From: an uncultured Bacteroidota bacterium
Lineage (GTDB): Bacteria; Bacteroidota; Bacteroidia; Flavobacteriales; Flavobacteriaceae
NCBI GenBank assembly: GCA_902526075.1
Contig: CABZJM010000001.1
Location: forward strand, 2,829-66,828
Length of the DNA stretch: 64,000 nt
Reading direction: 5' to 3'
Part shown: in pieces, positions 58,573 through 64,000 of the stretch
Layout of the letters: each line of letters starts with the position of its first letter
How positions within the stretch are numbered: position 1 is the stretch's first letter
Program-made: the position numbers and the translations under genes
The notes under the pieces: generated by a model
The model's database searches: none
What the model was told of the DNA's origin: nothing
The model's input: only the letters and a program-made list of their open reading frames with translations

Positions 58573-59589
58573 CTATGTAGATAATTCTATTTTGGCCCAT
58601 TTTGAAATTAGTTTTGCCCAACTATCATCATCGTTTAGGCAGGGGACATAATAGTAATTTTCACCTCCTGCATCCAAAAACTCTTCTTTAGCTTCCATAA
58701 CAATTTCTTCTAGTGTCTCTAGACAATCAGTTACAAAGGCAGGTGTTACCACTACCATATTTTTTTTCCCTTCCTTAGCTAATCTTTCTAATTCACTATC
58801 TGTATAGGGCTTCAGCCAGGGTTCATTTGCTAATCTTGATTGGAATGAAATGCTATATTTTTCTCTCTCTAAGCCTAAGTATTTAGCAACAAGTTCTGTT
58901 GTTATAGTTACCTGATGTTTATAACATGTTTTATGTGCCTCTGAATCTACAGAACAACAGTTTTTTACCTTATAACAATGAATTTTTGTTGGATCTGAAA
59001 TTTTAAGATGACTCACTGGAATCCCATGGTATGAAAACAGGATGTGATCATATTGTTTGTCTTTTATTGTGTCATTAATTTTTTGACTTAGTAATTCAAT
59101 ATACTTTGGTTCATCATAAAAGGGTTCAATAACTTTTATTTTTTTTTCTGGGAAGTTGATCTTTACCTCTTCCTTTACCTTTTCAACAACTGTTTCGTAG
59201 GATGACATTGCATAGTGGGGATAAAGAGGTAAAATTATGAACTCATCAACTCCTTTGTCATTTAATTCCTTTAGTCCATTAAATATGCTTATTGAGCCAT
59301 AGCGCATGGCTAGTGCTACAGGGATCTGCATTAGGTTAGAGACCTTTTTAAATAATCTCCTAGACAAAACAATTAATGGAGAACCTTCTTTCCACCATAT
59401 CTTTTTGTAGGCTTTTGCAGATTTTTTTGGCCTAAAATTTAAAACAATTAATTTAACAAGAATCCATCTAAAAATATAACTTTTACCAATAACCCTTTTA
59501 TCCATTAGAAATTCATCTAAGTATTTTTTCACATCACTAATCGAAGTGCTATCTGGTGATCCTAGGTTAATAAGTAATAAACCCTTCAT
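58573..59589 (-). CDS. hemH: Ferrochelatase
   Basis: 338 aa. LLINLGSPDS, LPLYPHYAMSS, FSYHGIP, FVTDCLETLEE. Confidence 0.92.
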   Translation of the reverse strand: MKGLLLINLGSPDSTSISDVKKYLDEFLMDKRVIGKSYIFRWILVKLIVLNFRPKKSAKAYKKIWWKEGSPLIVLSRRLFKKVSNLMQIPVALAMRYGSISIFNGLKELNDKGVDEFIILPLYPHYAMSSYETVVEKVKEEVKINFPEKKIKVIEPFYDEPKYIELLSQKINDTIKDKQYDHILFSYHGIPVSHLKISDPTKIHCYKVKNCCSVDSEAHKTCYKHQVTITTELVAKYLGLEREKYSISFQSRLANEPWLKPYTDSELERLAKEGKKNMVVVTPAFVTDCLETLEEIVMEAKEEFLDAGGENYYYVPCLNDDDSWAKLISKWAKIELST

Positions 59590-60965
59590 TATATTGTTTT
59601 AGAATAAGTACCTATTTTATTATTTAACAGAGGGTCAAATTCCATAGCAATATTTCTAATAAATAGTCTTGCATCATGTGAAATTGAAACAGTATCATTT
59701 TTAATCCTCATAAGATTTAGATCTAAAAAATCGTTAAACTTTTCATGATTAAATTCTAAAATTTCTTTTATATTTTTTGAATCTGTATTGAATCTTTCTG
59801 ATATTTCTTTAAAATCAACATAATAATTACACATAATTGAATTTATTACATCTCTGATTATTTTTTCTTTTTTAATAAGCTTATAACCACGAAAAACAGC
59901 GGTATTTTTTTCATTAATTTTTTTTATATACTGAGCTGCATTTTTGACATTTTGGCTATACGCTGAAAATAGTTGTGAAATTGAGGATGCCCCGAAACCA
60001 TATACTTGACCGGTTGTTTTAGTGGTACAGTAACCCTGAAAGTTTCTGTGTAATTGATTGTTTTTAAGTGCCAAATAAAACTCATCATTTGGTCTACAAA
60101 AATGGTCCATACCAATCGCCACATAACCTGCTTCAGTAAATTTTTTGTAAGCATTTTCATACATTTTTGCTTTTTCCTCGGCAGAAGGGAAACCAATATT
60201 TTCTAATATTTTTTGTCTAGGTAGTATTGAAGGTACGTGAGCATATGAAAAAGTCACTATTCTGTCTGTATTTAGTTCAATTGCTTTATCAATAGTTTTG
60301 TTGAAATTATCAATTGTTTGCAAAGGTAACCCATAAACAAGATCTATATTAGTCCCTGTAAAACCTTCATCATGGATTTTTTTTATAATCTTATCAATTG
60401 GGTGTTTTGGTCTTCTTCTATTTATTGCATCTAAAACTTTATTATTAAAATCTTGAATACCAAGAGATATTCTATTAAAACCAAAATTTTTAAGAAGTTC
60501 AACATGTTTAAAGTCTAAGTGTGCTGGGCTACATTCGATAGCCATTTCATAATCATCACTTAGGTCAAAACACTCTTTTATTTTATCTGTAACCCTCTCA
60601 ATATATTTAAGTGATATTGCATTTGGAGTGCCACCTCCCCAGTGAATTTGGGTTAGTTTTCTATCATCATTGACGTACTGCGAAACAAATTCAATTTCTT
60701 TTAACAGAGCATCTACATATCTTTCCAAAAAAGGTTTGGTAAATCCGGATTCAGTGGTACATCCACAAAAGTGACAAATCTGTGGGCAAAATGGTATGTG
60801 GATATAAACAGAAATATTTTGAGGATTTTCATTGTTTGAATTTATTACTGAGTTAATAAAATCTTTATCATCATAACTTTCAGAAAAATGAGTGGCTGGG
60901 GGATAAGATGTGTATCTTGGTCCTTTCTTATTATACTTTTCAAGTAATTCTTGATTTATATTCAT
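59589..60965 (-). CDS. hemN: Oxygen-independent coproporphyrinogen III oxidase (radical SAM)
   Basis: 458 aa. GPRYTSYPPA, radical-SAM cluster HIPFCPQICHFCGC, IHWGGGTP. Confidence 0.9.
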   Translation of the reverse strand: MNINQELLEKYNKKGPRYTSYPPATHFSESYDDKDFINSVINSNNENPQNISVYIHIPFCPQICHFCGCTTESGFTKPFLERYVDALLKEIEFVSQYVNDDRKLTQIHWGGGTPNAISLKYIERVTDKIKECFDLSDDYEMAIECSPAHLDFKHVELLKNFGFNRISLGIQDFNNKVLDAINRRRPKHPIDKIIKKIHDEGFTGTNIDLVYGLPLQTIDNFNKTIDKAIELNTDRIVTFSYAHVPSILPRQKILENIGFPSAEEKAKMYENAYKKFTEAGYVAIGMDHFCRPNDEFYLALKNNQLHRNFQGYCTTKTTGQVYGFGASSISQLFSAYSQNVKNAAQYIKKINEKNTAVFRGYKLIKKEKIIRDVINSIMCNYYVDFKEISERFNTDSKNIKEILEFNHEKFNDFLDLNLMRIKNDTVSISHDARLFIRNIAMEFDPLLNNKIGTYSKTI

Positions 60966-60966
60966 T

Positions 60967-61992
60967 TTATCTATTCCAGTTATGGTTTTTTACCCACTCG
61001 ACCACAAAATTTACATTTTTGACATCTATGCCTGGGATAAATCCATGGCCTAAATTAAAAATCCAGTCAGTATTTTTTTTACCAAAATTACTTAAGCCAA
61101 TCAGATATTTTTCAATTTCCTTTTTATCAGAGAAAAATAATCGAGGATCCATATTTCCTTGTATCCCAATATCACTATTCAGCAATGTTCGTGCCGTTTC
61201 AATTGGTATTTGCCAATCTACGCTAGCTATGTCGCATATGTCCTTATTCAGTTCTTTTAACCCTAAATTGTAATTTTTAGGAAAAAATATTGTTTTGCAA
61301 TTTTTATTCATTGCCACGTTTAATATTTTCTTAGAATATGGTAAAATAAGTTCAGTGTATAGTTGCTCAGGAATAATACCGCAATAAGTTTCAAATAATT
61401 GAAAACAGTCAATTCCACAGTCGACTTGCTTATTTACGTACTCGATCGATGCTTCAGTTATCATTTCTAATATTTTAATGCATTTTTTCCTTTCCTTATA
61501 AAAGAGTTTTATAACATAATTAAAATCTTTATTCAATTCATTTCTTCTAAACATAAACAGAAATGTTGTAAGCGGTCCTCCACAAAAACCAATTAAAGGA
61601 GTTTCGGGTCTTTGAAATTTTATTTCTTCAATGTTATTGTATATATAATCAAGTTTTTGGGGATTAAATTTTAAATTTTCAATATTAATATTTTCATTTA
61701 AAGCATTGTGGAATTTGGGACCTTTTGCGGTAAACTCAAGTTCTAACCCAAGAGCTTTAGGAATCACTAGTATGTCAGAAAATAAAATTCCAGCATCTAC
61801 CCGTAAATCATCTAGTGGGAGTAGAGTTACCTTAGCGGCTAATTCCTTGTTTTGCATCATCTCGTCAAAACTGTACTTCTGCTTTAGTTTTAGGTAAGAG
61901 GGTAATATTCTACCAGCCTGTCTCATGAACCATACTGGTGGACGAGATGTTATATTTCCGTTAATATTTTCAATGAATATATTTTTTTTCAT
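60967..61992 (-). CDS. hemE: Uroporphyrinogen decarboxylase
   Basis: 341 aa. RPPVWFMRQAGR, ILFSDILVIP, NLGHGF. Confidence 0.93.
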   Translation of the reverse strand: MKKNIFIENINGNITSRPPVWFMRQAGRILPSYLKLKQKYSFDEMMQNKELAAKVTLLPLDDLRVDAGILFSDILVIPKALGLELEFTAKGPKFHNALNENINIENLKFNPQKLDYIYNNIEEIKFQRPETPLIGFCGGPLTTFLFMFRRNELNKDFNYVIKLFYKERKKCIKILEMITEASIEYVNKQVDCGIDCFQLFETYCGIIPEQLYTELILPYSKKILNVAMNKNCKTIFFPKNYNLGLKELNKDICDIASVDWQIPIETARTLLNSDIGIQGNMDPRLFFSDKKEIEKYLIGLSNFGKKNTDWIFNLGHGFIPGIDVKNVNFVVEWVKNHNWNR

Positions 61993-63275
61993 TAGATCAA
62001 TTGAAGGGATTTTTTGTTTGAGGAAATTAATTTATCAATATCTTTTTCACTGTATACGGATGAAATAAACATGCATTCAAATTGTGATGGGGGTAGGTAT
62101 ACACCCTCATCTAACATTGATTTAAAGTATTTTGCATATTTTTTCAAGTCACACGTAATCGCGTCATTATAATTTTCAATTTTGTCATTTTCTGTAAAGA
62201 AAAGGGTCATCATTGAGCCTGCTCTATTAATTATAGCATTAGTCCCCGTTTCTTGAATATTTTGTAAGAACCCTTCATGGATTTTCTTTGATATTGATTC
62301 TAGTTTTTCATATAATTTATCATTTAGCCTATTTAATACAGAAAGTCCTGCACTCATTGCAAGAGGATTGCCTGAAAGAGTACCTGCTTGATAAACTGGT
62401 CCATTAGGGGCTAGGTAATCCATAATTTCAGACTTTCCGCCATATGCACCTACTGGAAGACCACCGCCAATTATTTTGCCAAGAGTTGTGATATCAGGAA
62501 TCACCTCATATAGCTCTTGCGCTCCACCTTTTGATAATCTAAACCCACTCATTACCTCATCAAATATTAATAGTGATTTATTTTCATCACATAATTTTCT
62601 TAAGCCTAGTAAAAAATCTTTTCTAGACTCAACTAGACCCATATTACCAGCGACAGGTTCGATTATCACTGCGGCAATTTTCTCTGGATTCTTTTTAAAT
62701 TGCTCTGAAACAGATTCAAGTGAATTAAAATCTGCAATAATTGTATCTTTAGCTATATTTTTTGTAACACCTGGGCTATCAGGAAGACCAAGGGTCATCG
62801 CACCAGATCCAGCTTTTATTAAAAAACTATCTCCGTGTCCATGGTAATTTCCAGAAAATTTTAAGATTAAATTTCTTGAGGTATATCCTCTTGCTAATCT
62901 TATTGCACTCATCGTTGCTTCAGTACCGGAATTTACCATTCTCACTTTTTCAATTGACGGTACTAATTCAATAATTTTTTTTGCCATTTCTGACTCAATA
63001 ATAGTGGGTGCACCATAAGTTGTTCCTTTAAATAAATATTCGCTTATTTTGGATAGGGTAATTTTATCAGCATGTCCAAAGATAAGTGGCCCCCAAGATG
63101 AGATGCAATCAATGTATTCGTTTCCGTCGAGATCATAAAGTTTACTTCCATAACCGTGATCAAAAAAGACAGGGTCACAATTAACACTTTTAAATGCTCT
63201 TACAGGTGAATTTACTCCTCCAGGAATCAATCCTTTTGAGTCCTTAAATGCTTTGATACTTTTATTATAAATCAT
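61992..63275 (-). CDS. hemL: Glutamate-1-semialdehyde 2,1-aminomutase
   Basis: 427 aa. IPGGVNSPVRAF, NSGTEATMSAIRLARG, FDEVMSGFR, TLGKIIGGGLPVGAYGG. Confidence 0.95.
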   Translation of the reverse strand: MIYNKSIKAFKDSKGLIPGGVNSPVRAFKSVNCDPVFFDHGYGSKLYDLDGNEYIDCISSWGPLIFGHADKITLSKISEYLFKGTTYGAPTIIESEMAKKIIELVPSIEKVRMVNSGTEATMSAIRLARGYTSRNLILKFSGNYHGHGDSFLIKAGSGAMTLGLPDSPGVTKNIAKDTIIADFNSLESVSEQFKKNPEKIAAVIIEPVAGNMGLVESRKDFLLGLRKLCDENKSLLIFDEVMSGFRLSKGGAQELYEVIPDITTLGKIIGGGLPVGAYGGKSEIMDYLAPNGPVYQAGTLSGNPLAMSAGLSVLNRLNDKLYEKLESISKKIHEGFLQNIQETGTNAIINRAGSMMTLFFTENDKIENYNDAITCDLKKYAKYFKSMLDEGVYLPPSQFECMFISSVYSEKDIDKLISSNKKSLQLI

Positions 63276-64000
63276 TTGCTTTTAAATATTTAGCAACTTC
63301 TAATGCATGGTAACTTATTATTGCATTTGCACCAGATCTTTTAATTGAATGTAATATTTCTAAAATTGTTTCAACACCATCTATAAAGTTCTTTTCTGAA
63401 GCACTTTTTACCATTGTATATTCACCACTTACATTGTATGCAATTATAGGAACATTAAATTTTTGTTTGATTCTATATATGATATCTAGATATGAGATAG
63501 CTGGTTTAATTATTATAACGTCGGCACCCTCATTTATATCTAATTTAACTTCATTAATAGCTTCCTCAGAATTTTTAAAGTTCATTTGGTAGGTTTTTCT
63601 GTTACCAAAATTTGGGCTACTTTTCGCAGCTTCTCTGAATGGACCATAAAATGCCGAGTTATATTTCACAGAGTATGGAAAAATAGGAATCTTTTCAAAT
63701 TTATTATTATCTAGTATATCTCTTATTGCTTTAACTCGTCCATCCATCATATCAGACGGAGCTAATGCATCAGCACCACTTTTAGCTAAAACTAAAGATT
63801 GATTAGAAAGTGTCTTAATGGTCAGGTCGTTGTCAACATCATTATCAATTATGGTTCCACAGTGTCCGTGTGTTGTGTATTCACAATTACAAACATCCGC
63901 AATTACAAAAAGTTTATCTTCAAATACTTTTTTTAATTCAGAAATTGCCATGGGGACAATACTGCTAGAACTACAAGAAATTTCACCAGTTTCATCTTTT
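63265..64000 (-). CDS. hemB: Porphobilinogen synthase, 5' end outside the window
   Basis: DVCNCEYTTHGHCG, PSDMMDGRV, IIKPAISYLDI and SGEYTM motifs. The frame stays open upstream of the track Met through position 64000 (..KDETGEISCSSSSIVPMAISELKK). Confidence 0.9.
   Translation of the reverse strand, partial: KDETGEISCSSSSIVPMAISELKKVFEDKLFVIADVCNCEYTTHGHCGTIIDNDVDNDLTIKTLSNQSLVLAKSGADALAPSDMMDGRVKAIRDILDNNKFEKIPIFPYSVKYNSAFYGPFREAAKSSPNFGNRKTYQMNFKNSEEAINEVKLDINEGADVIIIKPAISYLDIIYRIKQKFNVPIIAYNVSGEYTMVKSASEKNFIDGVETILEILHSIKRSGANAIISYHALEVAKYLKANDL

Noticed and set aside
1-64000. Stop-codon reassignment or an alternative genetic code, prompted by the in-frame TAA in the csaA-like gene.
   Set aside because: All other recognisable genes are full length under the standard bacterial code. 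They terminate with ordinary stops at positions consistent with homologs. A single event is better explained by mutation or sequencing error.
1-64000. A search for CRISPR repeats, tandem repeats, IS ends, prophage genes, toxin-antitoxin pairs and known defence genes.
   Set aside because: No intergenic gap exceeds about 115 nt, so there is no room for arrays. No ORF shows transposase, integrase, nuclease-defence or toxin-like motifs. I did not compute a formal repeat scan.

Overview
This is an AT-rich, very tightly packed stretch of a Bacteroidota chromosome, probably class Flavobacteriia. Lineage markers are a PorV/PorQ-family barrel, a type IX secretion (T9SS) C-terminal sorting domain, DUF1573, DUF3276, a long-form NusB and a choice-of-anchor L adhesin. 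I call 57 intact CDS, one interrupted CDS (pseudogene candidate) and one tRNA. By my hand tally of the called coordinates only about 1.4 kb (about 2 percent) is non-coding.

The content is overwhelmingly housekeeping:
- Central metabolism and nucleotide synthesis: sucC, acnA, guaB, pyrD.
- DNA repair: uvrB, recQ.
- Secretion and envelope: secA, yajC, tatC, lptB, kdsD, pssA.
- Translation-related: def, tsaC, cca.
- Three tandem SurA/parvulin-like chaperone genes.
- A crtI-crtB-crtZ-crtY carotenoid cluster.
- An Fe(3+)-type ABC importer.
- An overlapping heme operon, hemB-hemL-hemE-hemN-hemH-PPOX (FAD-type protoporphyrinogen oxidase).

I saw no rRNA, CRISPR array, IS element, prophage or recognisable defence gene. 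I cannot point to a convincing new multi-gene system.

The observations most worth a second look are:
1. A tRNA-Leu(GAG) sits 4 nt after an AraC-family gene and 8 nt before crtI, which implies a tRNA-mRNA co-transcript.
2. An uncharacterised Trp-rich secreted protein and that AraC regulator head the same gene string. They face the iron importer divergently, close to the heme operon.
3. A csaA-like tRNA-binding gene is broken by a single in-frame TAA.
4. Nearly every convergent gene pair overlaps at its 3' end, leaving no room for terminators.
5. A PorV/Q-like barrel, a DUF4105 protein and a PduO-type adenosyltransferase are translationally coupled.
6. One gene fuses a cyclophilin to an FKBP domain.

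All functional calls rest on motif recognition by eye. No database search was run.
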